Shown: positions 1 to 10,175, counted from the stretch's first letter. The stretch: DNA of 64,000 nucleotides from an uncultured Gammaproteobacteria bacterium (GCA_964609895.1 CAZSTG010000004.1:16288-80287), one strand, 5' to 3'. Notes: generated by a model from the sequence alone, not told the origin. Numbers and translations are program-made.

Positions 1-537
1 CCATTCCGACAAGCCCTCCAACCAGAAGTCCTAACGCGTGCCAAATATGGGATGCATGTTTTGTATGATGCTCCACTGTCTCGACAACCTGCTTTTTCTT
101 GTTAATAAGCAATAGATGAATTCCGTATACAGCAACAAGTATCCATCCCTCAAATTGTGTTAGTTTCCCGTCCCAGAGCGCCACAGCAGGAGTAAAGATA
201 ACAAACGAAGACATGCCAATATCAAATACCGACAACCCGTGATCAAGTTTAATTCGCTTTAACACAATTGCGCTGCCGCCCATAACAAACGACAACAAAA
301 GAATAGATCCTCCAAGGAGATTCCCAACAGACAACTGTGGCACGCCATCATGAATTGCTTGGTAGGCAACAAGCATTTCAGGGATGGTCGTCGCAAATCC
401 CAAAAGTAAAAAGCCAAGAAGAAAACTTCGAATATGTGCTTTCTTCGCGATAAATGTGGTCGCTTTCAAAACCCAATCAGCACTTTTGGCAAGCACAAAC
501 CCCAAAAAAAGAAACGCGATTGCGTATAAGAGAGCAT
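1..537 (-). CDS. Ca2+/cation antiporter (CaCA/YrbG family) membrane protein; N-terminal part only, the gene runs off the window start
   Basis: Minus-strand translation from ATG at 535-537 reads MNALLYAIAFLFLGFVLAKSADWVL...GNLLGGSILLLSFVMGG... It is multi-TM with the CaCA alpha-repeat motif GNxxGGS. It is open at the window edge, so it is absent from the ORF track. Confidence 0.5.
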
Positions 538-2259
538 TCATTGTATAGACTCCTGATTATGATACATCGTTTCTAGCTCGCTGACTGTTGTAATTTGTTG
601 TGCGCTTTTATCAGTTCGAATTCGAACAAGTCGAGGAAATCGTAAGGCAAACTGCGCCCCGTGTGACGGAGATTTCGTGATATCATCTGCAGCAATTTCA
701 ACAACTATTTTTGGTATTATCCACACATCCGGAATAAATGTCTTATCAACATTTGTATATTCTTTTGGTTGCTCTTTTGATGCATTCGCTTCAAAAAGCA
801 CCTTCATTTCTTTCCATAAATCATCTGTTACTCCGGTTCCAATTTTTGTCATCGTGACAAATGATTCGCCTTTTTTCACTCCCACCAAAAATGCGCCGAT
901 TCCAAAACCCGTTCGCTTCCCCTCCCCTTTGTAATACCCCATGACCACTGCATCCACCGTATCTGCCAATTTTCCCACTTTATTTTCTTCCTTAAATTTT
1001 ACCCACGTATACCCGCGTCGCCCAGGTTCATACACAGCTTCCCATTTCTTCACAACAACGCCTTCAAGACCTGAAGCAATTTGTTCTGCATGATACGTAC
1101 GGAGCGTTTGAATGTTGTCAGTCACGATATGGGGAGAAACAGATAAAATTGATCCTTTCGCAATAGTGTGCTCCAAAATATCCCGTCGTTTTGAAAGTGG
1201 AACACCCATAAGGTCTTCCCCGTCTTTTTCTAAAATATCAAACACAAAAAAACGCAAGGGCACGCTCTGTGTCGCACCGACAATATTATGCTTCCGTTTT
1301 CTCGTCATGGTTTCCTGAAACGGAATAATGCGGTGCATTTTTTCATCAAAACCGACTGCCTCACTGTCAAGAATCACGCTGTCGGCGTCAATTTGACCCG
1401 CAATTTTTTCAAGCTCCGGATACATTGCGGTCGTATTCTCCAGATTTCTTGAAAAACTCGAGACAAAGTGCATGCCGTTTTTCCTGAAAAAATGTATTTG
1501 CGTCCGGACGCCGTCATATTTTGGCTCAACATCCACTTCACCCATTTTTGTAATCATCTCTTCGGCGTTTTTCAGACGCTGACAAAGCGCCGCAAGAATC
1601 GGCGCGCCGACAACGGGTTTCACATGCGAAACCCCCTGTATCCCATGTTTTTTGATTTGTGTCGCAATATATCCGAGATCTGGTCGTACCTCATACGCCG
1701 CTTCAATTACCCCTTTGTGGGATTTGTCAGCCGTAAGCATCCATGACAATGCATCAATCATCGTCATATCTGAAAAACCCAAGCGAAGCTTATCAAGCGG
1801 GATTCTGACAAGATATCGAACGGAAAGCGAATCAGAATGGATAAACAAATCCGATAATGCCTCAATTTTTTGCTCTTGGGAACCTTCCCCTCCCATGAGT
1901 GCAATCGCCTTTAAGTGTTCAAACACCTCATGGATTGAATATCCTGCATCACGTTTTTTATCGCCCGCAATTTTTTCAGCTGCTGTTCCCAGATCCCCAT
2001 ATTTTTTAAAAAGCGCTGTCACATCCGCGTCCGTTATCTTATAGGTGTGCGCGATCGCACGAATCATCAACTTGTCGGCAATCCCGAATTCTATGGCTTC
2101 ATAGAGCGGTGCAACGCGCCCTTGCAGCAGGTAGCATAATTCACCGATTTCTTCAATTTCGGCATGGGAAAAAAGATCGGCAAGAATCTCCGTCATCGCG
2201 TTTCGAGAAGGAGTGTTTTCCAGTTTTTGAACGTAAACAGCAAGGGCTTGGAATCTCAT
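538..2259 (-). CDS. lig: ATP-dependent DNA ligase
   Basis: 573 aa. Adenylation motif I KYDGVR (EPKYDGVRTQIH). The length and domain order fit an ATP-dependent ligase. Confidence 0.8.
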   Translation of the reverse strand: MRFQALAVYVQKLENTPSRNAMTEILADLFSHAEIEEIGELCYLLQGRVAPLYEAIEFGIADKLMIRAIAHTYKITDADVTALFKKYGDLGTAAEKIAGDKKRDAGYSIHEVFEHLKAIALMGGEGSQEQKIEALSDLFIHSDSLSVRYLVRIPLDKLRLGFSDMTMIDALSWMLTADKSHKGVIEAAYEVRPDLGYIATQIKKHGIQGVSHVKPVVGAPILAALCQRLKNAEEMITKMGEVDVEPKYDGVRTQIHFFRKNGMHFVSSFSRNLENTTAMYPELEKIAGQIDADSVILDSEAVGFDEKMHRIIPFQETMTRKRKHNIVGATQSVPLRFFVFDILEKDGEDLMGVPLSKRRDILEHTIAKGSILSVSPHIVTDNIQTLRTYHAEQIASGLEGVVVKKWEAVYEPGRRGYTWVKFKEENKVGKLADTVDAVVMGYYKGEGKRTGFGIGAFLVGVKKGESFVTMTKIGTGVTDDLWKEMKVLFEANASKEQPKEYTNVDKTFIPDVWIIPKIVVEIAADDITKSPSHGAQFALRFPRLVRIRTDKSAQQITTVSELETMYHNQESIQ

Positions 2260-2271
2260 TGGTGTGCTGTG

Positions 2272-3315
2272 TTATCCTTTCAGGATATAACGAACGCCTT
2301 TTGTAGAACCTTGTTTTGAAAGTATGCCTTTTTTCATCAGATCTTTGATTTCCCGAAGTACCGTATCTTCGCTGATCATCGGAAATAATTCAAAAAACGC
2401 CTTGTTCTGCAAAAATCCATTCTCCTGAATAAACTCCACAATTTTTATCTGCCGTTCCGAAAGTGTCAGCTGTTGTCCGCCGAGTTGTTTCTTCATCTTC
2501 AAATCTGTTGACAATGTCTTAACCTTGTCCTTAATGCGTGAGAGCTCAATGGCTAGTCCTTCAGTAAAATATTCAAGCCAATGGGTGAGATTGCCATTTT
2601 CGACTGCAACGCTCTGAAGCGCCTGATAATAATTCAATGGTTCCCTGTCATAATATTCTTCCAGCGAAAAAAACCGCTTAATGTCGTATCCATCTCGAAA
2701 TAAGACAAGTGTTGCAATAGCCCGAGCTGCACGTCCGTTTCCGTCTAAGAAAGGGTGGATGCGGACAAGTTCATAATGGGTAATGCCGGCTTTGAGTGCC
2801 GCGTGCATTTCATCAGGCGCTGCATTCTTCAACCATAAAAGAAAATCGGAAACCAAAAAAGGAACTTCGACTGCCGGCGGAGGACGGAACGTAATTTCGC
2901 CCGTCTGGCTGTTTTTTACGACAACCTGCGATTTCCTGTATTCACCGACTACCGCTTCCGGCAATATGCGGTCAGCAATAAGCGAATGCACATGTTTCAC
3001 CGTCTCATCACTGATGGCGCCACCGTCATAGGATTCAATAAATTTTAAGACATTCCGATAATTTAATACTTCCTGAATATCACGATCCCTGCCGACTACT
3101 TTTGCACCCGCCAACACTTTTTCCGCTTCCGTAAAGTTCAATTCATTTCCCTCGATGTGTGTTCCGTGATGCACCGTCCGCACAATTGCCTCTTCCCTGA
3201 ATTTTGCTTCCCATGCGGGAACAAGCGGTGCATTTTCAATGACTTCTTTGGCGGCCTCAATGATGCCGATATTTTTCAGAATTTTATTGGTGATATTGAA
3301 GGTTGGCGTATACAT
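2272..3315 (-). CDS. Fic family protein (putative AMPylator/adenylyltransferase) with C-terminal winged-HTH
   Basis: Canonical Fic motif HPFLDGNGRAARA. An N-terminal THIEGN segment resembles the class II inhibitory helix. Start trimmed to the internal ATG at 3313-3315 to avoid overlap with the + strand ORF at 3343; the track ORF extends to 3393. Confidence 0.75.
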   Translation of the reverse strand: MYTPTFNITNKILKNIGIIEAAKEVIENAPLVPAWEAKFREEAIVRTVHHGTHIEGNELNFTEAEKVLAGAKVVGRDRDIQEVLNYRNVLKFIESYDGGAISDETVKHVHSLIADRILPEAVVGEYRKSQVVVKNSQTGEITFRPPPAVEVPFLVSDFLLWLKNAAPDEMHAALKAGITHYELVRIHPFLDGNGRAARAIATLVLFRDGYDIKRFFSLEEYYDREPLNYYQALQSVAVENGNLTHWLEYFTEGLAIELSRIKDKVKTLSTDLKMKKQLGGQQLTLSERQIKIVEFIQENGFLQNKAFFELFPMISEDTVLREIKDLMKKGILSKQGSTKGVRYILKG

Positions 3316-3342
3316 ATAGGGATATAGGTATATAATAAAGGT

Positions 3343-3603
3343 ATGGAAACCAAAAAACAATCCAAGGCAATGGCGCGGGCAATGTTGAAACAAATGATAG
3401 CATTGTCAACAGCTGCATTTGGACTTGTTGCAGCATTGGCATGGAATACGGTCATACAGGCGGCAATTGATACATACATCAAGCCATATATGCCAAAAGG
3501 AAGCGTTGTATTCTCCCAACTTGTGTATGCGGTGGTGGTTACCGCGCTGGCGCTTCTTGTGACGTATCTTCTGATGAAAATCAACGAAAAAATCGAAAAA
3601 TAA
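3343..3603 (+). CDS. small hypothetical membrane protein (two predicted TM helices)
   Basis: 86 aa with hydrophobic stretches AALAWNTVIQAAI and VYAVVVTALALLVTYLL. A TATAAT-like element at 3331-3336 lies just upstream. Confidence 0.45.
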   Translation: METKKQSKAMARAMLKQMIALSTAAFGLVAALAWNTVIQAAIDTYIKPYMPKGSVVFSQLVYAVVVTALALLVTYLLMKINEKIEK

Positions 3604-3618
3604 TGCGGTGCAATGTTG

Positions 3619-4410
3619 TTACAACAGCAGTGTTTTCATTGTTGTAGGAATCTGTAGAGCCAAATCGGTTGCATTAAAAAACGGCCCGACTGTTGTATAA
3701 AGATCATCACCTGCAGCCTTGTTGATAAAACTGCCGGCTACCGCTGCCAAAAAAGGATCATGTGTACATGCAAGTGCAGCAATAAGACCGGCAAGGACAT
3801 CTCCTGTTCCTCCTTTTGTCATTCCCGCGTTTCCGCCGGAAATTTTTTCTTCATGGATTCCATCCGTTATCACATCAATTTGCCCCTTTTCCACAACTAT
3901 ACAGGTATGTTGTTTGGCAAATGCAGTGGGGGTAATAGTGGGGTTTCCGTTTTGCAGCAGTGCAAATTCCTGATGATGTGGCGTCAAAATTGCATGCTGA
4001 GGAATATGCGCTGTATCCATCATCTGCAACGCGCCGGCATCAATCACCCATTGTTTATGTGGATAGGCTTGTAACAATCCGTCAGTTAATGTTTTGGTTT
4101 CCCGTGTCCGTTCCATTCCGGGACCAATCAGAATACAGTCATCCTCTTCAATATATGCAGGAAGCGCATTTCTCTGGATGACAATCCCATTTTTAAATGC
4201 TTCCTTTGCCGACTGGACTATCGCGTTGTTTTCAGGCGTTGATGCAAAATGTACCAAATCAACGATACGGGAAGCGACCGTGAGTGACCAAATGCTGGCC
4301 GCGTGGAACAAATCCGATCCGCCGATAATGAGAAGCTTTCCGTTCTGGCCTTTATGGGAATCGGGGTGGGGCAACCGCACATGCTCTTTGATGAATGTTT
4401 TATCAATCAT
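3619..4410 (-). CDS. nnrD: ADP-dependent NAD(P)H-hydrate dehydratase (YjeF C-terminal domain family)
   Basis: 263 aa. GGSDLF... and GGTGDVLAGLIAAL motifs of the carbohydrate-kinase-like YjeF_C domain. Confidence 0.75.
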   Translation of the reverse strand: MIDKTFIKEHVRLPHPDSHKGQNGKLLIIGGSDLFHAASIWSLTVASRIVDLVHFASTPENNAIVQSAKEAFKNGIVIQRNALPAYIEEDDCILIGPGMERTRETKTLTDGLLQAYPHKQWVIDAGALQMMDTAHIPQHAILTPHHQEFALLQNGNPTITPTAFAKQHTCIVVEKGQIDVITDGIHEEKISGGNAGMTKGGTGDVLAGLIAALACTHDPFLAAVAGSFINKAAGDDLYTTVGPFFNATDLALQIPTTMKTLLL

Positions 4411-4419
4411 ACGATACGC

Positions 4420-5505
4420 TTATTGTACTCTATGTACGACCGGCAATTGAATAATCTCGGCATTATGCAATTGTTTGAGCATGGGCAACAACTCTTCTTC
4501 TGCGGAGGTAATAATGGTTTGTTGGTGGTTAATGACGGAAAATACTATGCGCCGACTGTCTTCGTCAAGCTCGGAAAAAATATCATCAAGAAGTAACACG
4601 GGTCTGTCCCCTGATGACTTCTCAATAAAGGAAAGTTCCGCAAGTTTAAGCCATAATATAGCAAGCCGCTGTTCCCCCCGTGATCCGAATCTGGCAAGAT
4701 CAATGTATGCATGTTCACTCCCTATCTTTTCAAACCGGAAATCATCGCGTTGCGGACCAACGAGTGTAGACTTTGCCGCAATTTCTTCTTCTTTATATTG
4801 AAGCAGCCGAGAAGCTGAAATGACGCTTGGATCATACACAATGCGGTAAGAAAGGTCATCGAGTATATATGCATTGACCGCATCAATATATGCCTTTCTC
4901 TTCTCAGTAATATACGATCCTGTTTTGATAAGCAACTGATCCCAAAAGAACAACTGTGAACGTGTGGCATCACCTTCATGAATGCGGTCAAGCAGCGAAT
5001 TTCTCTGTCGCAATCCACGTTCATAGGATTGCAGATTTCGTCTGTATTCGCGGTCAATCTGCACCAACACGGTATTGAGATATTCCCGTCTGACACTGGG
5101 GCTTTCTGTAACTAACTTCAAATCAGTCGGCGAAAACAGCACCGCGCGGAGATTACCAATAAAATCAACCTGACGTCGTGGAATTCCGTTGACCAGATAT
5201 TTTTTTCCCTGTGTTTTTTGTCCCTGCACCATGCCTGTTGTCAGAATAATTTCCAACATTGTTTCAACGTTTTTTGCATCACACACCACATGTGTCACCC
5301 GCGCGAGTTCGTTTTCCCACAAAATCATGTCGCTGTCTTTGACGGCACGAAAACTTTTTCCAACCGCCGCCAGCGCTATTGCTTCAAGAATATTTGTTTT
5401 TCCTACTGCATTCTGCCCGACAAGCACTGTAACACCGGCTGAAAAAATAAATGTCTGTTTTGTATACAAGCGAAACTTCTGGAGAGTTGTTTGTACGATA
5501 CGCAT
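4420..5505 (-). CDS. recF: DNA replication and repair protein RecF
   Basis: 361 aa. N-terminal Walker [18 protein letters not shown]-like C-terminal signature and D-loop [11 protein letters not shown]. Confidence 0.85.
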   Translation of the reverse strand: MRIVQTTLQKFRLYTKQTFIFSAGVTVLVGQNAVGKTNILEAIALAAVGKSFRAVKDSDMILWENELARVTHVVCDAKNVETMLEIILTTGMVQGQKTQGKKYLVNGIPRRQVDFIGNLRAVLFSPTDLKLVTESPSVRREYLNTVLVQIDREYRRNLQSYERGLRQRNSLLDRIHEGDATRSQLFFWDQLLIKTGSYITEKRKAYIDAVNAYILDDLSYRIVYDPSVISASRLLQYKEEEIAAKSTLVGPQRDDFRFEKIGSEHAYIDLARFGSRGEQRLAILWLKLAELSFIEKSSGDRPVLLLDDIFSELDEDSRRIVFSVINHQQTIITSAEEELLPMLKQLHNAEIIQLPVVHRVQ

Positions 5506-5539
5506 GCTCTCATTGTATCATTTTCCGTTCTTTGGGTTA

Positions 5540-5569
5540 TTGCATCACCTGCGGTTTGTTGTGTATAAT
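5540..5569 (+). promoter_or_regulatory. sigma70-like promoter for rpmH operon (TTGCAT - 18 bp - TATAAT), nearly leaderless
   Basis: TTGCAT at 5540-5545 and TATAAT at 5564-5569. The predicted TSS is about 2-3 nt before the rpmH ATG at 5579, and there is no Shine-Dalgarno sequence. Confidence 0.4.
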
Positions 5570-5578
5570 AATGAGATT

Positions 5579-5719
5579 ATGGCAACGAAACGTGTTTATC
5601 ATCCAAGTAAAGCAAAACGTTCACGCACGCATGGATTTCGTACCCGCATGAAAACCAAAGGCGGACGAAGAGTGTTGAAACGACGTCGGGCAATAGGTCG
5701 AAAAACGCTTACCGTCTAA
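5579..5719 (+). CDS. rpmH: 50S ribosomal protein L34
   Basis: [46 protein letters not shown], 46 aa. The track fuses it to an antisense-of-recF shadow ORF (5189..5719). Confidence 0.9.
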   Translation: MATKRVYHPSKAKRSRTHGFRTRMKTKGGRRVLKRRRAIGRKTLTV

Positions 5720-5772
5720 GACTGGAATCCTTCAAACAAACCGAAACGGTTCGTTTCAGGTATAATACCCGT

Positions 5773-6102
5773 ATGCTTCCTTCTCGGTACAGATTATCAA
5801 AAAAAGATTTTATCCGAATCTTGCGTCGGGGCATTCGATCACAAAGCGGTGGTATACAGTTTATCTCAATGCAAACCGAAGCGTCATATGCACATCTGGG
5901 TATTCTTGTCACGAAGAAATACAGTAAGAAGGCGGTAGAACGAAATTGGATAAAAAAACGCATTGCTATGGCGTTTTTACCGTATCTGAAGGCAGAAACC
6001 ATCAGTACCGATATTGTCTGTAAAATTATGCAGCCGATGCGGGAAGACACAGTGAAAAACATACACACAACAATACAAAATTTCATCACTTCCCGGTTAT
6101 GA
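5773..6102 (+). CDS. rnpA: ribonuclease P protein component
   Basis: 109 aa, basic. Position directly after rpmH is the conserved rpmH-rnpA arrangement. Shows the RNR-like basic motif. Confidence 0.8.
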   Translation: MLPSRYRLSKKDFIRILRRGIRSQSGGIQFISMQTEASYAHLGILVTKKYSKKAVERNWIKKRIAMAFLPYLKAETISTDIVCKIMQPMREDTVKNIHTTIQNFITSRL

Positions 6103-6344
6103 AAAAAATATTGCTTGGTGCTATCCGGTTGTACCAACGCTATCTTTCACTCGACACAGGTTTGATACAACAGGTATGGAAAACCGGTAGTGTATGCCGG
6201 TTTACCCCCACCTGCAGTGAATACACATATCAGGCAATCGATCGCTATGGTATAATGATCGGATCGTGGTTAGGGTTCAAACGCATTATTCGTTGCCATC
6301 CATGGAATAAAGGCGGTTTTGACCCGATTCCCAAATCATTATGA
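6099..6344 (+). CDS. yidD: membrane protein insertion efficiency factor YidD
   Basis: 81 aa. Conserved cysteines C..PTCSEY. ATGA overlap with rnpA. Confidence 0.85.
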   Translation: MKKILLGAIRLYQRYLSLDTGLIQQVWKTGSVCRFTPTCSEYTYQAIDRYGIMIGSWLGFKRIIRCHPWNKGGFDPIPKSL

Positions 6345-7132
6345 CAAATCCCACCATCTGGAATCAGTTACTTGTCTGGCCAATCACCAATCTTCTCATG
6401 GTTTTTTATAAAATCTGTGAATGGCTGCATCTGCCTGGACCTTTGGGATTTGCTATTATTCTGCTCACTATTGCCGTTCGCCTTGTGCTCTATCCGTTAA
6501 TGCAGGCACAACTCAAAAGCGCAAAAAAGATGTCCGACATGAAACCGCACCTTGATGAACTGTCAAAAAAACATAAAGATGATAAACAGGCGCTGCAACA
6601 GGCGCAGCTTGCTCTCTATAAAGAACACGGTGTCAATCCCGCCGCAGGTTGCCTTCCAACACTAATTCAGTTTCCTATTCTTATTGCGCTCTATAATGTG
6701 TTTTATCAGGTGTTGGGAAACGGCAATGTGGGCAAAATGATGGAAGACATCAATGCTATCGTATATAACAAGTCGCTGCAGGTCACTGTATTGGATGTAA
6801 CATTCTTCGGTATGAATCTCGGCGTCAAACCAAGTGATTGGCAGCAATATGGCTGGTGGTTGTTGTTGGTACCTGTAATCACCGCGCTCCTGCAACTGTA
6901 TCAATCCAAACTTATGACACCTGCAACACCAAAAACAACAACTGCAATTGAGAAAACTGGAGAAGAGAAAAAACAAGATTCCATGGCGGACATGCAGAAA
7001 CAAATGATGTTCATCACGCCAATCATGTTTGGATTTTTCGCTTTCCAACTGCCTATTGGTCTAGCGTTGTACTGGAATATCTTCGGCCTTTTTGGTATCA
7101 TGCAGCAATTACAGGTAAATAAAGGAAAATAA
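6341..7132 (+). CDS. yidC: membrane protein insertase YidC (short, Gram-positive/CPR type)
   Basis: 263 aa, multi-TM. Position in the rnpA-yidD-yidC-jag operon. Conserved YidC core segments (LLTIAVRLVLYPL..., ALYWN). Confidence 0.8.
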   Translation: MTNPTIWNQLLVWPITNLLMVFYKICEWLHLPGPLGFAIILLTIAVRLVLYPLMQAQLKSAKKMSDMKPHLDELSKKHKDDKQALQQAQLALYKEHGVNPAAGCLPTLIQFPILIALYNVFYQVLGNGNVGKMMEDINAIVYNKSLQVTVLDVTFFGMNLGVKPSDWQQYGWWLLLVPVITALLQLYQSKLMTPATPKTTTAIEKTGEEKKQDSMADMQKQMMFITPIMFGFFAFQLPIGLALYWNIFGLFGIMQQLQVNKGK

Positions 7133-7133
7133 T

Positions 7134-7592
7134 ATGGAAGCAGCGGCAAAAATTAAAGAAGTCACAGAAGATCTTTTGCTTCGTCTCGGCATTACGGGTG
7201 AAGTCACAGTTGACATGGACGAATCCGGAGCGCATCGTGTCAACATAAACACGGAAGAAACAGGTCTCCTGATCGGATTTCATGGAAGGACACTGGAGAG
7301 TTTTCAAATGATTCTAGGGATGATTGTCGCAAAGACACTGGGAACATGGGAACGGGTGTATGTCAATGTCGGCGACTACCGCGAAAAACGGGAGGAAGCG
7401 CTGATGTATATGGCGCAGCGTGCTGCGGAACGGGCTATCACAGCAGGAAAACCCGTGGAATTATCTCACTTATCTGCAGCAGAACGGCGTGTTATTCATC
7501 TGACGCTTTCAGGAGATGAACGGGTAAGCACGGAGTCAGCGGGTGAAGGACGAGATCGAAAACTTATTATCACGCCGAAATCCACTGCATAA
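7134..7592 (+). CDS. khpB: RNA-binding protein Jag/KhpB (KH + R3H domains)
   Basis: 152 aa. R3H-like C-terminus ...ERRVIHLTLSGDERVSTESAGEGRDRKLIITP. Operon position after yidC. Confidence 0.8.
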   Translation: MEAAAKIKEVTEDLLLRLGITGEVTVDMDESGAHRVNINTEETGLLIGFHGRTLESFQMILGMIVAKTLGTWERVYVNVGDYREKREEALMYMAQRAAERAITAGKPVELSHLSAAERRVIHLTLSGDERVSTESAGEGRDRKLIITPKSTA

Positions 7593-7631
7593 TTTGCAAG
7601 GCACAGCATTCCCCTTCTATACTTGCTGTAG

Positions 7632-8891
7632 ATGCATATTTTTGAATGGTTTTTTTATCTGACTATTCTCCTGCTTCCAACTCAACTTGGACTCCACTTC
7701 TGGCCCGATTGGACACTGGTTTTGGGCAGACGTGTTGATTACCTGTCTCCCACAATTTTTCTAACTGACATCACAATTCTCATCACGCTGTGCATGTGGT
7801 TTCTACAAAAACAAGCCATAAAAAATCTCATCGAAAAAATGAAGCATACCACAGCAATTGTCATCATAATGACAATCGGCATTGTTCTCAACTGTATATA
7901 TTCATCAAGTCCGTTCCTAACACTGTATAAATGGGGAAAAGTATGTGAATATCTCCTCTTCTTTTATTATATATGTGTATCAAAACCTTCGATAAAAAAA
8001 ATTACGTATGTACTTGGCATCGGTATACTCTACTCCTCAATCATCGCCATTGCACAATTTTACATGCAACACACAATTGGCGGAATATTCTGGTTTTTCG
8101 GTGAACGAACATTTTCAGGCAGTACTCCGGGAATTGCAAAAGTAAACTGGTGCTGGAGAACAGTCAGCACCTGCAAGGAACTGCTCAGACCCTACGCAAC
8201 ATTTCCACATCCAAATGTTCTGGGAGGTTTTTTGGCAACCACCACGCCTTTGCTCGTCCTTGCTTTTCAAAAGGAAAAGAATACACTGGTACGACTTTTT
8301 TTACTTCTAAGCATCGCTATAGGAATATTTACAATGGGAATTACATTTAGTCGAAGCGCATGGATTATTGGTGTCAGTGCGCTTGTATTCACACTCCTCT
8401 ATTTGTATACCAAAAAAAAGTTACTGTGTTGGAGTATCGGCTTACTCTGTTTAGTGCTCCTGATAATTGCATGGCCGTATCTGCAAACTCTTACTGCGGA
8501 AAGCGAAAGTATTTTTATCCGACTTGATCTTGCAGAAGCGGCAATCAAAATATTTAAAGATCATCCGATTACAGGAACTGGACTTGGAACATTTTTGACG
8601 GAACTGCCGCATGTTCTAAATATTCGCGGTCTGTTTTTTCTGCAACCTGTCCACAATATATATCTCTTGTTTCTGAGTGAAACAGGAATTGTCGGAATTG
8701 TACTCGCTGCCACCATTCTTGGCGCAATACGTAAATCATTTATGATAACAAAACAAAAAAAGTTTATACTCATACCCATAGTGGCAATTGGACTTCTTGG
8801 GCTTATTGATCACTATCCTGTTACCGTTCAGCAGGGACAACTTCTGATGACATGTTTTCTTGCGCTCCCCTTTCTAAAAACTGATTCCTGA
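7632..8891 (+). CDS. O-antigen ligase/Wzy-like polytopic membrane protein
   Basis: 419 aa with about 10 TM segments. Wzy_C-like loop IFKDHPITGTGLGTF. Confidence 0.55.
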   Translation: MHIFEWFFYLTILLLPTQLGLHFWPDWTLVLGRRVDYLSPTIFLTDITILITLCMWFLQKQAIKNLIEKMKHTTAIVIIMTIGIVLNCIYSSSPFLTLYKWGKVCEYLLFFYYICVSKPSIKKITYVLGIGILYSSIIAIAQFYMQHTIGGIFWFFGERTFSGSTPGIAKVNWCWRTVSTCKELLRPYATFPHPNVLGGFLATTTPLLVLAFQKEKNTLVRLFLLLSIAIGIFTMGITFSRSAWIIGVSALVFTLLYLYTKKKLLCWSIGLLCLVLLIIAWPYLQTLTAESESIFIRLDLAEAAIKIFKDHPITGTGLGTFLTELPHVLNIRGLFFLQPVHNIYLLFLSETGIVGIVLAATILGAIRKSFMITKQKKFILIPIVAIGLLGLIDHYPVTVQQGQLLMTCFLALPFLKTDS

Positions 8892-8908
8892 TACAATAGA
8901 AGACGGGT

Positions 8909-10144
8909 ATGAAAAAAACAATTGCATTCAATACACTTGCACAAATTGTCGGAAAAATTATTTCCGGCGGAACTACATTTTTTGTCAGCATTCTTCTTGC
9001 ACGCGCGCTCGGCGTCGACGGATATGGAGATTTTACGAAAATTACAACCTATGTTGCCTTCTTTTATCTCTTTTGTGATTTCGGCCTGAATGCCGCGTAT
9101 CTGCAACTGAAAGAACAACATACAGCCACACAATGGAAAAATGCTTTGTTTACCTCCAGATTTATCTTCAGCATCATACTGATGTTTATCACCCTTGCAA
9201 TTATCTCGTTTCTTCCCGGATCATCTACACAGGGGTATTCAGCGATGGTTAAAATGGGTATCATTCTGTTTACGCCGACTATTCTGTTCCAAGCACTCAT
9301 TACAACAACAAATGCATTTTTTCAGGAACGACTGCGTTATGACTTCGCAGCATATGCGACAATTGCAGGATCTATCACAACGCTCTTCTGTATCCTTGCG
9401 CTGACAAAAATACTTCTTCCGGAAGCGATGGTGTTTGGAAGTTTATTTTCGTTTTTGCTCGGATCTATTGCCACAACTGTTGTTGCTCTTTTTTTTGTCA
9501 AAAAAACCGGCGCTTTGCCGTCGCTGACTGTTGATCTGCAGACAATAAAAACACTTATATCCACTGCTCTGCCATTAGGAATTACGCTGTTGTTTAATGT
9601 CGTCTATTTCAGAATAGACAGCGTTGTCCTTACCATAACTAGATCAACCGCAGAAGTCGGAACATATGGTCTTGCCTATAAGTTTTTTGAAATGACATTA
9701 ATTCTTCCGACGTTTTTTATGAATGCCGCGCTTCCGTCATTACTGCGTGCAAAAAAAGAGTCGGATATAAAAAAACTGCATGCACAAATCCGAGGATCTG
9801 GCATTACACTGTGTATTCTTTCCGTCTGTGCTGCGGTTGTAGGATGGATACTTTCCCCGCTGATTACCATGATTAAGCCAGAGTTTGCCGCAAGCATTCC
9901 TCCATTTAAAATACTACTTTTGGGTCTGCCGGTATTTTATCTGAGTTCACTTACTATGTGGGTGTTGGTCATTGAAAAAAGACGGATACAAATGTTGATA
10001 ATTTATGCACTTTCCATGACGCTCAACATCTTTGCCAACATCATACTTATTCCCTCCTATGGGTACATGGCGGCGGCAGTAATAACAATCCTTTCGGAAT
10101 TTTTCATATTGCTTACTTCATATGTTGCTATCAGACATGCTTGA
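8909..10144 (+). CDS. polysaccharide biosynthesis protein / Wzx-like oligosaccharide flippase (MOP superfamily)
   Basis: 411 aa with about 12 TM segments. Its N-terminal part reads like a MOP flippase N-terminus. Confidence 0.6.
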   Translation: MKKTIAFNTLAQIVGKIISGGTTFFVSILLARALGVDGYGDFTKITTYVAFFYLFCDFGLNAAYLQLKEQHTATQWKNALFTSRFIFSIILMFITLAIISFLPGSSTQGYSAMVKMGIILFTPTILFQALITTTNAFFQERLRYDFAAYATIAGSITTLFCILALTKILLPEAMVFGSLFSFLLGSIATTVVALFFVKKTGALPSLTVDLQTIKTLISTALPLGITLLFNVVYFRIDSVVLTITRSTAEVGTYGLAYKFFEMTLILPTFFMNAALPSLLRAKKESDIKKLHAQIRGSGITLCILSVCAAVVGWILSPLITMIKPEFAASIPPFKILLLGLPVFYLSSLTMWVLVIEKRRIQMLIIYALSMTLNIFANIILIPSYGYMAAAVITILSEFFILLTSYVAIRHA

Positions 10145-10175
10145 CAGAAACAAAGTGAAACGCGATACTTGTGCC

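Noticed and set aside
5189-5719. 176-aa track ORF ending in the L34 sequence
   Set aside because: Its upstream 130 codons are an antisense shadow of recF. Only the last 46 codons (5579-5719) are the real rpmH gene, which has its own promoter.
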